From the NCBI GenBank assembly GCA_030704615.1, contig CM060733.1:33852001-33916000 (forward strand): a stretch of 64,000 bases of DNA, given 5' to 3'. Both the position numbers and the translations under genes were made by a program. Position 1 is the stretch's first letter, and every line of letters starts with the position of its first letter. The notes beneath the pieces are model-generated. The model did not search any database and was not told the origin of the DNA. It saw only the letters and a program-made list of their open reading frames with translations. Positions 1-12,474 of the stretch are shown here, one piece after another. This DNA comes from Takakia lepidozioides. Taxonomy: Eukaryota; Plantae; Bryophyta.

Positions 1-3000
1 TAAGATGACCCCTCATAGAGAACCAAGCCTGCCATATTGATCTCCAAGCTTGTGAGCCCGAAAGAGGCACGGAGTTTGAGGAGCCTCCCTGCACAACCCA
101 TCTCAGGGAAGGAGGTCAAATTGAGGAAGGAGCTGGACGAGCCTTGAGGAGATGACCAAACCAGGAGACTCCATGGTGAAAGAGAATGAGTGAACACCGT
201 TGGGATCCACTTGGCTAGAATGGCCGCAATCTGTGATTTAGGGTCTATAATACCAAGGCCACCATTACTTTTTTTTTGGGTCAACTGCTTCCAGCTCACA
301 TGCGCTCTACGAGTCTGGCTAGGAGAGGAGGCCCCCCAAATGAAGTTCCGCATCATAGCTTTCATCTTTTTTATGAAGGCCTCGCTTGGCAACCAAACTG
401 AAGAGCCAAACCAGCTAGAAGCCAACACAACTTGGTTAACAATAATAGCTTTGCCCACTATAGAGAGGTGTGCCGAGCACCGGTAGGCTAGCTTCTTCTT
501 GAGGCTTGCCAGGATACCTTCAGCACGCAGAGCGTCAGAAAGGTCATGCCCAACCAAATGACCCAAGAGAACATGCGATTGGCCTTCCTGCAACCAAGAA
601 AGACCGAGGGCTCCCCCCCAGGGGGCTGTATGGGCAGCCATCGTGGAGTCCTTTATCTTGGATAAAATCCCTTTAGACTTACTCCAGTTTATATTCAGAC
701 CCGAAGCAGCACAAAATTGTGACAGAGCGAGCAGGGCCCGATCCACATTAGCCATAGTGTTGTTATCAATTAACAAGGAAGTATCATCAGCATATAGTGA
801 GGATTTTATACTGTAATTTGGGATAGATAGGTGCTGGATTTTAAGCCCCACCACATCTGGCCTGATGTGTAGGAGATGGCTGAGGCCATCTGCAACAATA
901 ATAAACAGAAAGGGAGATAGCGGGTACCCCTGTCTCACCGAGCGGAAAAGAGGGAAGGACCTTGAGATGGATCCATTAACCAACACCTTACTAGATGCTG
1001 ATTGAAGAAGAATGGTAATCCATTTGAGGAAGTTGCACGTTATACCACAATTTTGAATCGCCCCCAGCAGATAGGACCACTCAATATCGAAGGCTTTCTC
1101 GAAATCCAGAATTAGCATCGCTAATGGCTGGTTAGCTTCGAAAGCAGAGTGAAGAGCTTCATGAGCAAGCAAGGTGTTATCCAATATCATACGGTCCTTT
1201 AAGAACATTGTCTGCTCAGGTCTGATGAGCTTGTAGAGAAGCAGTTGAATCCTTAGGGCCAAGGCCTTAGCTATAATTTTGTAGACTGCATTTAGCAAGG
1301 TTATCGGTCTATAGTTGGAGATGGAATCACGGTCCCCCTTTTTGTGTATAAGAGTAATCACCCCTTGGCTAATCTGAGAAGGCATAATGCCTTTGAGAAG
1401 AATGTCTTCAGCAAAAGCTGTAAAATCATCCCCACACACTGACCAGATTGCCTGGAAAAGCTCCACTGGTAACCCATCTAACCCCGGCGATTTATACGAG
1501 GCGAGCTTTGACAACGCATCTGAGAGCTCGTTTGATGTGAAAGGGGCCGACTATCTCACCAGCTCTGATTCAGACACAATTGGAATGTAAGAAGAAAGCA
1601 CAGAGCTTCGGGAAGCCAAATCCTGCGGGGATGCAGTACGTGCTCCAAACAAGGCAGTGAAATGCCAGGCAACCAGGGAGGACATCTGCTTTGGGTTGGT
1701 GACCAGCAGCCCCTGGGCATTATTCAGGGATGCAATGGATGTAGCATCACGGCGTTGCCTAGCTTTAAGAAAAAAATATCTTGACATTTTCTCACCCTTC
1801 ATAGACCAATTGATGCCTGCTTCCTTCTCAAGTTCTCCTCCTTTGCATGAAGCAACTCTGCCAAGTTCCTTTTGGCTAAGTGAAAGGAGTCCCAGGTTTG
1901 GTTGTAGGCCCATCCCAACTCAATCACTTTCTGACACTGAGCTAGGCATTTGGTGAGAGCCTTTTCTTGCCTATTCCTTCCCATAGCATGTTGTTTCGAG
2001 ATTTCCTGCCCCACTCTTTTAACAACTTCCATTTTCTTCAAGAATCTGATCGTAGGGGAGGTAAAACCCAATCCAGCAAAAATCCAGGTCGATTTTATCA
2101 AGTCCAGGTACTGGGGGATGGCCAAGATGGAGGGGTTCAGCTTAAAGAAACCACACCCCTTGGAATGAGCACCTGGCAAGGAGAAGGAAACAGTAATCGC
2201 TGCATGATCAAAACCTGGCAGAATGGGCCCTAAAGCTGCAGGCTTCGCCCAAAACAAGGGAGTGGGAGAGCAGTAAATCCGATCCAGGTGGGCTATGCAG
2301 AGGTCTGGGGTTTACGGTTGTTTGACCAAGTAAAACGTAACCCATCTTCGAAAGAGGTGAAAGGCTCAGACAGACCCACCACAAAGCAAAGAGAATCCCA
2401 GACCTCTGACTCTTCAAGAGACAAAGTGTGTGAAGCTGTTCCAAATCGATCTTCTATACGCTCCACCATGTTCATGTCACCAGCAAAAATCCAATTAACA
2501 ACATCAGGACAATCCAAGATTTTAAGTCTCAGAAAAGACCATAATTCAATTCTTTCCTCAACGGAGTTGGGAGCATAAATGCTCACAAAAGCGCACCCTC
2601 GAAGGGCTGAATTGGAAGAAGCAAAAGCAACCTGAATTCTCCCTTGCATCCAAGCTTCAACCCTAATGAATAATGAAATCAAAGCTGGTGAAATCAGAAT
2701 AGTAGTTCCACCTCTAGAGTCTGCTATCGAAGGGTTCCACCAGGCAGCATTGCTAGGCCAAAAAGCGTTGCCTAATGCCTGGATTTTCGCTGCATTTAGT
2801 TTGTGCTCTTGTAAAAAGATGATCTGGTTAGAGTTCGTAAAGGTGGCCGCCCACTGTTGAAGACGGCAACGTTTAGGCAAAGAGGCTCCAGATCCAATGC
2901 CTCTGATATTCCACGAGGTAAGGCCAAAATTCATGGAGGAAAAGCTTGCAAGCCCATGGCATAACCACGAATTGATGGCTTGGAGAAAATTGGGAGGACA

Positions 3001-3529
3001 TGATGATCTTTGAGGATGGGCAAATGTGGCAATACTCTGAAGGACAAGGCTTGAGTTGGATGCTCCGAGCAGTAGGTGCAGGCCAGACCCCCCCTCCAGA
3101 CAGCAATTCGAAACACCTGGGGTGAACTGGAACCTCCATTGCAGCATGACTCATGACTGAGACAAACGGACAGGCCTCCCCAAGAGAAGAACTCAGCAGA
3201 GTAACTGGATAGCAAGAAAGGAAAGAACTGAACAGAGAAGTCAAGCACCACAGCTCTAGGGCAGAATCTCCAAGAGAAAGTGTAGATCCATAGCAAAAAC
3301 CCACTATAACCAATGGTCAAGCTGAAATTCAGCAGGGCAGGCTGATTAAGACTCACCGGTGGAGGCGATGGGATCAGCAGGTCAACAGGAGCCATTTCTT
3401 TCTCCCCCTTCTCTCCCTCCTTTACATTGAAGACCACCAAACCATTGCTAGATCTAGGGACATCCTCAGCCGAGGCCAGAACCTTGACCTTCTCTGTTGC
3501 CATAAGCAGTTTCTTCCCTACCGAGTAAA
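1..3529 (-). mobile_element. Degenerate L1-clade LINE: end of ORF1 plus ORF2 (AP endonuclease and RT); runs off the left edge, 5' part interrupted by element E2
   Basis: Endonuclease motifs SWNIRG, FLQEHK, SIYAPN, AGDMN and FDH in ORFs 2293-3147 and 1799-2257. RT motifs NYRPITLLN, DFEKAFD, RQGYPLSP and YADD (~783-794). Several frameshifts and stops. Confidence 0.93.
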
Positions 3530-5936
3530 TGTGATGTCGTGCACCTAAGCATCGTGCCACAACATACATCGCTGTCCACCACACAATCTAAGCACACAAT
3601 CCTAGAAAACTATACCACAATCGCCCCCCTAGCCGGTGATTAGGTCCCTCTAACACCAGATAGCTGACGAATATCCATCCCAATAAGATTATCGTTTGTT
3701 CATCAATCGCCCAAGTCCCACTATCTGAAGTCAATAGATCAAGAGGTCGGGTACAAAAGTAGCCCCATCGTTACTCGCCTTCCTGCAATCCATGGCTTCA
3801 GTATCATCATGCTCGCTCGTGCATGGATTACGACTCAACCCATCTGCATCCCGATTGACTATACCGGCTCGATGCACCACCTGGAAGTCGTACTCTTGAA
3901 GCATAAGTGCCCACCGTGCAAGCTTCCCTGTAAGCTTGTTTGACTCCATCAACCACTTCAATGGTTGGTGATCCGTGACAAGGGTGAAAAGATTGTCATA
4001 GAGGTAGCATCTAAAATGTGCCACTGCCCAAACTGCAGCTAGACACTTCATAGGAACTATACTTCGCCTCGGCATCATTGTTCGAACGGCTAGTATATGC
4101 CACTACGAACTCTCTTCCCTCATCATCCACTTGTGTGAACACTGCTCCAATCCCCAACATACTCCAATCCGTATGTAGCTGGAAAGACCGCCCCCCAATA
4201 GGTCGCCTCAGAATAGGCGCAGAAGTCAATCGAGCCTTGAGTTCCTCAAAGACTTCATCCTGCTTCTCCTCCCACTGCCACTCCTGACCCACCTTGGTCA
4301 ACTTGGTAAGAGCCTTTGCAATGCTGCTAAATCCCTTGACAAACCGTCGATAGTAGTTTGCCAACCCCATGAAAGCACGAACTCTGCTAACATCAATGGG
4401 GTGTGGAATGCGTGCAATGGCCTCCACCTTCGTCTTTTGAACACCCAATCCTCCAGGGTATATCATGTGGCCCAAATACTCAATCTGGTTGTAGAAGAAC
4501 TTGCATTTCCCAGGGTGCAATTTCAACCCATGCACTCTCAAGCGCTCAAACAACACCTAAAGGTGTCTCTCATGCTCCTCAACCGTAGCACTAAAGACGA
4601 TGATGTCATCAATGTAGCACCGGGCAAAGTCTAGCCCCGCGAGAATCCTATCCATGACCCTCTGAAACTCTGCAGGAGAATTCTTCAAAACGTAGGAACC
4701 GCCATTGGTACAAGCAATCCTTCACATATTGGTCAATCCCCCAGAATGTTGTCTTCTGCTTGTCAGCCTCTTATGATTGGCAATTGGTGGTGACCGGATC
4801 GCAAGTCCAATGTGCTAAACACATTTGCATGCCCAATGGCATCAAAGATCTGCTCTGGAGTTGGCATGGCATATCTATCGAACTTAGTCTGACAGTTCAC
4901 AGGACGGTAGTCCCCACACATCCTCCTTTCTGTCCAATTGCCATAGATATCCTTCTTAGCTGGCATCACCATTGTCGAGGCATACTCCCCGCCTGACAAC
5001 TCCACCAATCCAGCTTCGAACAACTCCATAGTCCGTGACTGGATCAAAGATCTCTCCATATCACTATACCTGTAGGGCCTTTGAAAAATTGGTGTGTCAC
5101 TTGCTAAATCAATACGAATCTCCTAGCCCTTCAAACTCCCCAAATCCTTCAAACCGAATGCAAAGCAATTTCTATAAGCCCTTAGAAATCGCTGGATCCT
5201 CCGCCTCTCTCCTCCGGTGACTGTAGGTCCAACATCTGGTTCCCAGTTGTCCTCAGTGACTGCAACCTTGGGTATACCAGGCTTGGAAGTAGGAGATGCA
5301 TCCTTTGGTTGCTAGATAGCAACCTCTTGGGCTTTATCCGCCCACCCTGACCGTGGCGTATCCTCCACTTGCTCCGCCATAGTCACCTTGAGAACATCCT
5401 CTGGGGAAGAAACGTTCTCAACCTCTTCAAAAACATTGGCCACCTTGGCCTCCAACTGATCCTCAGTATATGGCTCTCCTCACTCCTCATATTGCTGCTT
5501 GAGAGATCCAATGACTCTCTCTTTCCGCATCTCATCCCACATCTGCCATGGGTGTTTGCACCCCATGATCCTGTGCTCGCCCTCACTCACTGCCTCCACC
5601 GTCCCGGTTGGCAGGGAGGATCACTATTCAATGGGAGTGCAGAAGTAGCCACCACTGTCTGCAACCTCTGTTGCTCAGCCATGCACAAGCCAATGACCCA
5701 TGTCAAGCAATTTAGATCCATTGCTTGACCCAACATCTGACGTCGTGATGCCTCTGGTAGAGCTGGCACGGTTGTAGTGCCCGTAGCAAACCCCATTGCC
5801 CGCTCTCGCTCATCCGCACTAGGCTCCCCCAATTGTTGTAGCGTGTTGTCCCAGATCAACCCTGGACCCATTGTCTCGAAAAGCATGAGACGAGGGAAAA
5901 CTCATGAGTGTAGGCAAGGCCGCACGTGGTTGCCCC
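3530..5936 (-). mobile_element. E2 3' half: C-terminal DNMT, TAG-CAA-CCA, RT (YIDD intact), RNase H, integrase deleted, PPT and short terminal segment
   Basis: ORFs 5587-5886 (ERERAMGF..LGQAMD), 4763-5059 (MCGDYRPVN, LDLRSG), YIDD at 4605-4616, 4011-4556 and 3731-4078 (TDWS, TDHQPL, ADGLSR). Sequence jumps at ~3795 to the 3' UTR. PPT AGGGGGGCGAT at ~3620-3630. Colinear with E1. Confidence 0.93.
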
Positions 5937-5993
5937 TGTCAAGTTAAATAAACACAGTGTGAAACTAACTAGAATAAAACTAGTTATTTATAT

Positions 5994-6053
5994 TTAACAC
6001 TTGGATTTAGTTCAAGTGTTAAGTCAGGTGTCAAGTTTGAGCTTGACACCTGA
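5994..6053. repeat. Two adjacent perfect hairpins near the E1 left end
   Basis: TTAACACTTG/CAAGTGTTAA (5994-6022) and TCAGGTGTCAAG/CTTGACACCTGA (6024-6053). The second stem contains the element's terminal TGTCAAG. Confidence 0.85.
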
Positions 6054-6299
6054 ACCATCTTATCTTCACGAGAGCGTCAGTCGCGCAACTCATCTCTCTC
6101 GAGTTGAGCCTGCGCGACCGAGCTCCTTCACGCTTTAGAAGCTGAGTATGCTTATGAAGGGAGGATAGGTTGTTGTGGGGTGGAGTCCCCATAGCTTGGG
6201 GTGCCCCTGGCTCGACTACTATTTTAAAGAGTGATGGTGTTGGTTTTCATGTTTCTTGTGTGAACAGTGTGTCCTTTAACTTTCTTGTCACTCGAGAGA

Positions 6300-6621
6300 G
6301 ATGAACAAAGATATGTCAACACAGTGAAACTGAAAGATGGGCGGTCATTGTCTACAGACATTGTGGTAGTGGGCGTAGGCGCGAGACCACTCATAGCCCT
6401 TTTGAAGGAGCAGTTGGCTGTTGAGAAGAGAGGTTTCAAGGTTGATGGGTTCTTCAAAACAAGTGCTCCAGATGTCTATGCCGTTGGTGATGTTGCCACC
6501 CTCCCCCTGAAGCTGTTCGGTGACCTGCGCAGAGTAGAGTACGTTGATCATGCTTGCAAATCAGCTATTCAAGCTGTTCAGGCTATCAAGGCAGCTGAGG
6601 AAGGGAAGACTATTGCTGAAG
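6300..6621 (+). pseudogene. MDAR: Captured internal fragment of monodehydroascorbate reductase, intronless
   Basis: VKLKDGRSLSTDIVVVGVGARPL...FFKTSAPDVYAVGDVA..PLKLFGDLRRVEYVDHACKSAIQAVQAIKAAEEG matches plant MDAR. Both termini are missing and it lies inside E1. Confidence 0.9.
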
Positions 6622-7469
6622 GTAGGCTGGACCTGCTGTTTGGGTCTAAGAAGAAACACGAGGTTGATGTCCTTGACGGTCCAGGTCGGGAATGATTATC
6701 GTTGCATACCTCTCTGTTGGCAGTGGCCGCCTCTCGGTTTCACCAATGGCCACGCCAAGTTGACAGTGGAATGCTGCTGGTTTGGATTCGTGACATTCAT
6801 TTCCAGGTGACAGGCGTGAGAGAGAGAGAGAGATACAGACACATGGCTGCGCAGAGCTTGCATGCCCGTACCTCGCCTCTCCGTCTTGGGGTCGCCTGCT
6901 CCTCGCTGCTTTCATGTGATGTAAGGCTCTTGTTTCTGTCCAAAATGCGGAGAAGATGAGATTGTGGTGAAGCCTGATATATCAGATCGAGCAAATTGTG
7001 TTTGGTTTGGCCAAGAGCTTGTCTTGATAAGGCAAGACTTCAGAAAATTGTGCGCATGTGCTGGCAAAGATGGCCACTGTAGACCATGCCCAGGGGAAAG
7101 CTCTGGGTAGAACAGGCCAAGGGTCCAAATTTGAAGATACCTGTACACGTACTGAAAGTAGACCAGGCCGCCTTCAAATGGACGACTCTTTATTTGAGAA
7201 TGGTCATGCATATGACAACAGAAAGTTGCATCAACAGGGCTGTTGCCGGTGAGACAGGTGCTTGTGGAGTAGTTGTCCAGAGCCTCTGTGGGGGTGAATG
7301 TATTGGAATGGGACGATGCTGTGCTGCCTAGCTTTCCCAGTTGGGCTTCCGTTAGTTGCTGGTTCAACCACCTGCACCCAATACCAGGAACACCTCTATC
7401 AAGACTCTTGGGCGTTCAAAATTGCACTGGCAAGTTTTCTTGAGCAGCATTTGTGGGGTTCTTTCAATC

Positions 7470-7767
7470 TGTCCTCCTTTTTCTCTTCCTCCTTGGAGGC
7501 AGCTTCTATTGCAGCCCCACTTCCGGCAGCGGGTGCACTGCTCACAGCCACAGTGCCGCCACCTCCTGATCCAACATTGATGATGAGGTCATCAACACTT
7601 CTCTTCTCCAATAGCTTGGCGAACAGAGCGGGCCAGTAAGACTCAACTTGCACATTGGCGGCCTTCACTAGCGTTGCAATCTTGTCGGCAGTGATGGGAA
7701 TGTCGTCATCATGTAAAATCAGAGCAGCGTAAGTGCAGGCAAGCTCGCTGTGCGCCACGGCGGCCAT
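7470..7767 (-). pseudogene. RPP1: Captured 60S acidic ribosomal protein P1 copy, intronless, C-terminus lost
   Basis: [52 protein letters not shown]. The conserved EESDDDMGFxLFD tail is replaced by unrelated sequence after EEEKKED. Antisense within E1. Confidence 0.92.
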
Positions 7768-8271
7768 CGCTTCTCAACAAGACTCCGCACTCGAGAATCC
7801 AGACAAAGAGAATCCAGAGAGCAGGGGCTGCTAAGCGTGTGCCTGCGAAGGAGGATCCCAGCACTGCAACCTCTGTTGGTAGATTGCAATTCCACCATTT
7901 CGGGCACTTGTAGGGCATGGTATTTTTACCTTGTTGGGAACCTGCAGTAAATCGCAAAAAAAAAACGTGGGAACAGTTTTTAATGGCGAGAACGTTTTGG
8001 TGTTAAAAAAAAAAAAAACCTTTTGATCTAATTTAAATGATTTAGAGCCTAATTGGTCATAACTTTGTCAAATGGACTCCGTTTGACTCAGTTTTTGGGG
8101 GGATAGCTGCAGAAAGGGGAAATCTACCTATCTACTTATTTTTGTTTTCGGGACTCTGCTAAAAATCTATGGAATTTTTAGAGTGTGAGTGTGCCATGAA
8201 AGATCCACAATTCTGTTTCTAGAATCTGTTCTGGTCTATATGAGAGACAAATCTGTGGATGTCCTTCTTGT

Positions 8272-9021
8272 ATGGCTGGGGGAAATGAGGACGTAATTGA
8301 AGGGCATGTCTCTTCTCTTAGCCTGTGCACCCAAGGGGACAAGATTTATGTCTCTCAAGAAACTCAGACTGATTTGAGTGGAGAACAGTTGGACGAGTTG
8401 ATTGCATACTGGGAGTCAGGCATTAGCAGTAGACAACAAACTGCTGTAGTTGGCGTTGAGGGCCTCAATGTTGCTTTGGACAGTCAGAACTCTGTTGGAG
8501 CCAGCAGTTCTGCACCTGTAAGTGAAATACCAAAGTGGGTGAAAGCTAGGCTTGGAACACAGCCAAAGACAGCCCCGGGGACCAAGGTGTTCAGCCACAA
8601 GGCTGTGGTGTACTGGAGCAGAGGAGCAGGAGCTACACAAGTTTGTGCAATCAGACATGGTTGCAGCCGGACACACTCTGCACAAGGCAACCATGAGCGG
8701 GGGTTCATTAACAATGACAAGTTTGTTTTGCTTGAGGGAGATGCAGTCATTCGCAATGAGGACACCCGCAACCGTCTCAAAGCTTTCGAGTTGAGAGACT
8801 GTCAGACCCTACCTTTATTTTCTTTAGCGTTCAGTGAGCGGGAGATAGGGGAGTATTGCTTTGTCTCTACCTGGCAGAAAGAGGAGGAAGGTTGGTTAGA
8901 GCGAGCTACTGTAGCTTGGGACAAGGTTAGTGGCAGGTTTCTGGACATAGATATACCTCCTACACCTTACCATCATGCAGAGCGAGGCACTTTGAGAGAA
9001 GTCTGGCAGTTGATAGCATAG
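8272..9021 (+). CDS. Intact 249-aa orphan ORF upstream of gag in E1
   Basis: ATG-to-TAG open frame with protein-like composition. No recognised domain, and not seen in the corresponding part of E2. Confidence 0.55.
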   Translation: MAGGNEDVIEGHVSSLSLCTQGDKIYVSQETQTDLSGEQLDELIAYWESGISSRQQTAVVGVEGLNVALDSQNSVGASSSAPVSEIPKWVKARLGTQPKTAPGTKVFSHKAVVYWSRGAGATQVCAIRHGCSRTHSAQGNHERGFINNDKFVLLEGDAVIRNEDTRNRLKAFELRDCQTLPLFSLAFSEREIGEYCFVSTWQKEEEGWLERATVAWDKVSGRFLDIDIPPTPYHHAERGTLREVWQLIA

Positions 9022-9094
9022 ATCAGGATTAGATCTTGTTTGGTCGAGCTTCTATTCTTCCCCTCCATCTCTGTACTATTCTCATTACCTTGTA

Positions 9095-9500
9095 CTTGTA
9101 GTTGCCAAAGCCTCTCTTGGTGGAGGCCAGTCAGTCCGGGGTTGTGGGCTCGGATATTCTGCAGGATCAGCATTGCAGCTGGATTTTGGTGTGGGGGTGT
9201 TGATGTTTTGATTTCTTGTGTTTGGATCCCCCCCAACACCTGCATGCTTGACTGTGCGCCATGTTGGTTTTGTGTGGGCTTGCTTTCATAGGGATTAGGC
9301 CGGATTTGATCACCGGTCAATCCTAGAGTATGCTGTCGGTGGTGAGGCTGGAGTGATGACCAGCAAGACCACCAGTGTTTCTTCTATGGTGAGACTGGGT
9401 TGATGACCAGCCAACCATAGGAGTTCTTGCGGTGGATGCAGGTGCAGGTGCCCTGAGCCACTGGGATATGACCCTTAAACTGCAACAGGTGCCCACCCGT
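9095..9500 (+). promoter_or_regulatory. Conserved non-coding 5' leader shared by E1 and E2
   Basis: Homologous to the reverse complement of ~19390-19800. Core GATTTGATCACCGGTCAATCCTAGAG is identical in both, followed by a duplicated TGGTGAGRCTGG..TGATGACCA motif. Confidence 0.8.
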
Positions 9501-9569
9501 GTCACCATTAGAAATAGTACTAGAGCCTTATAGTGTCACGTGGGGGAGGTGCACATTGTGAGTGTCATC

Positions 9570-11690
9570 ATGGAGTTACCCAGGGGTTCTGAGGGGAGTA
9601 CGGCTACAGGCAGTAGCAGTGAGAGTGGGTTCACCAGAGGAGGTGTTCGTTTCAGACCACCTTCACCTCCACCCTCAACTAGTGCAGAGTCAGACACAGA
9701 CTCGGAGGCTTTATCAACAGGTGTGCAGTTTCATTCGCCATTGTTGTGGGACGACATGGAGGAGATGTATGGAGCTACCAAGGGGCCTCATAGGTACTCT
9801 GGAGCTGTGGGCACAATTGAGCTGGATGACTTTATCCAGGAGTTCGACAGCTGGTGTGATTTGCAGCAGATGCGCAATCCACAGCTGTTCACCCCATTCC
9901 TGGCGTGGAAGGGACTGTTCCAGCATTTGGAAGGCCCGCCTATGGACAATTACCACGAGTTCAGGCGAGGACATGACGCAGAGATTGAGGAGTGGAGGAT
10001 GTATTGGTCATCTGACTACGTCTTCATTACTCGAGGCACGACGTGACCAGTAGCTGCATCAGTACCAATATCTCCCACTGCCAGCACTAGTAGTGGAACA
10101 AGTACTGCCGGTACTTCTGCAGGTGATACCAGTTCAAAAGGTGCTACTACTCCTCCTGCCACGACTACAACACATGTGCCTAGATTCAACCCGGTGGTGG
10201 AGTTCTTCCAGGAGTTGCGGAGGAACTACCAAGGTGTACGGACAGAGAAGTTGCGAAGTTTGCAAGACTTCCAGCGCAAACCCAGTGAGAGCTTGCGAGA
10301 GGCCTACACTCGTATGAGGCGCTTGATAAGTGTGACCCAAGGGGTTACTGAAGCTCAGGCAATCCAGTTCTGGTATGGAATTTTGGACAAGGAGCTCAGG
10401 AGAAGGGTGCGGGATGCAACCCTGTTACAAGCAGCCCAACCCACATTAGCAGATGTGTTTCTGCTGGCTGAGCGGATTGAGCTCAACATGGTGGAGGAGC
10501 GAGTTGTTACCATTGGATTTGGCAAGGACATGCCTGTACGAGGCGCAGCTGCCAGCCCACAGGCACAAGGGACTGCCCAACAGCGTGGTCAGGGGGGCAA
10601 GGTTTCCCAACCCAAGTTCCATGGAGCTTACATGTGACCTCAGGTGCAGAGGCCCGTGGCATCTTTTGCAGGCCAACAGCAACCAGGGGTGATATGTTGG
10701 ACATGTGGAGGACCCCATGTCAAGAGAGATTGCCCAAAGAGTGGCAGAAGGCCGGCACAAGCACAGCCTGCACAGTTGCAGTGTGGGCATTGTGGCAAGT
10801 ATGGGCATGGAGATGCCCAGTGTTATCCTGAGTTGCGCCCAGACCAGTTCCAAGGGAACAATGGTGGCTGGGGGCAAGGTGGACCAGCCCAGAGAGGACG
10901 AGGTGGTCGGGCACGAGGTGCAGGCCAAGGGCAAGCTCAACATGGCCAAGGACGAGGAGGTCAGGGTGTTGACCAAGGCATGGCCAACCGGCTTCAGCAG
11001 CTAGAGCAGAGGCTCGCTGCCATGGCTACAGCTCAGGTGGTACCGGCTCCCAGGCGGGATGGTCCACCTCCTGCTCCTGAGGGAGGAGATATGGGAGGCA
11101 TGGGATTCATGTGCGGATCAGCACTACCACTAGTGCAGGTGGAGTCTGCTGCAGCTGTGACTCGAGGAGCAGCACGAGTTCCTGAGCCACGAGGTGCAGA
11201 GGTGGAATTGGATCCACGGCGTGGGAAGGCAAGCCGTCAGGCGAGGCTTCCTCAGTCATTCACATTGGCGGAGACAGTGTCGACGTCATCCATGGCACCT
11301 TGTTCTCGCCCGACTGTTACCAAGGCGGAGGTTACTATGCCCATTGGGGAGAGCTACACGTGCAGCACTGACACCTACTACCAAGGCTAGTGCAGCCGGT
11401 GTGTTATTGGGGGCAGCCACCTCTGTGTGTCAAGCCCCACTGTTCTCGGCAACCATGATTGCGACGCCGGGGGTAAGACCAGCTGTAGTGTTCAGACTAG
11501 CAGCAACACTCTGCGAGAGTGGGGAGATCACTTCATCTTCTGCGGAGTTACTGGAAGGTGTAGTGGCAGAGGGATCCTCGGATTTGAGGGTCAAGACTGC
11601 CACGACTACACCATGGCAAGCTGCAGCTGCCAGGTTGACGGAGCTGCCAGCTAGGCCAGCCTTTGAGCGCGCCATGGTGACACCTGGAGT
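9570..11690 (+). pseudogene. gag: gag with capsid-like region and two zinc knuckles
   Basis: One frame across stops at 10044 and 10635. FQRKPSESLREAYTRM (major-homology-like), CWTCGGPHVKRDC and CGHCGKYGHGDAQC. Frameshift at ~11340. Start is uncertain because E2 has ACG at the equivalent codon. Confidence 0.88.
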
Positions 11691-12130
11691 TGTCTTGTTA
11701 GACAACCAGGGAAGCATTTTCACTTTGAGTGGACCGGCAAGCAAGAAGTACCAGCCACTGCGGGTCTTGTTGGACTCAGGAGCTCAGCCACTAATGTTGG
11801 GCAGAGCTGCTATTGCAGGTTTGGGCCTCATGGAGGCGGATATGGAGCCTTGTCCTTTCCAGATATAGACATCTCTGGGAGGATCAGAGTAGGCTCGGGG
11901 CATGACACGGCGTGAGTTGGCCATTGGACTACAACCAGATCATCCTGTAGATGGCTCAGTGATGCGAGCCAAGGCCATTGTGACAGACGCGGTCTCTTAC
12001 GATGTCCTTGTTGGTGGGGCAGTGTTATATCCCATAGGCTTCACCCTGGACTTTTGGGAGGAGTCAGCATCCTACAGGCCTGGATGGTAGTCAGGGGATG
12101 GTCGTCGTGCACAGCTCCCTGTGACATTCA
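11691..12130 (+). pseudogene. Aspartic protease domain
   Basis: VLLDSGAQPLML (~11764-11799) and YDVLVG. In-frame TAG stops at 11866, 11890 and 12088. Confidence 0.85.
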
Positions 12131-12474
12131 TTGGGGGTATTGCGGCTGCCCAGCGGGGCAAGATGCCAACGTTAGCCGCCTTTACAGCTGCAGTTAGTTG
12201 GCTTGGAGAGTTGCTGGAAGGCAATGCCCATGCAGAGGATGTGCCACCTCCAGCAGAGCAGGATGACATGCATGGTACGGCGGAGTTGCCTGCCATGGTT
12301 GCTCACACTCCATTATGGGGTACGAGCAAGGATTTGCAGCATGCTACTGATGGACGGGTACAACAAGCCTGGGTAGAGGCCTTCGTACCGTCAGGAGAAG
12401 AGGAGAGTGCGGTAATTGCACCAGGACCACCTCAGTTGTCGCCATTGGACACCACACCTCTTGTGTGGCAGTCC

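Noticed and set aside
6267-7767. Functional MDAR and RPP1 genes
   Set aside because: Both are truncated, lack essential termini and lie within the TSD-bounded element.
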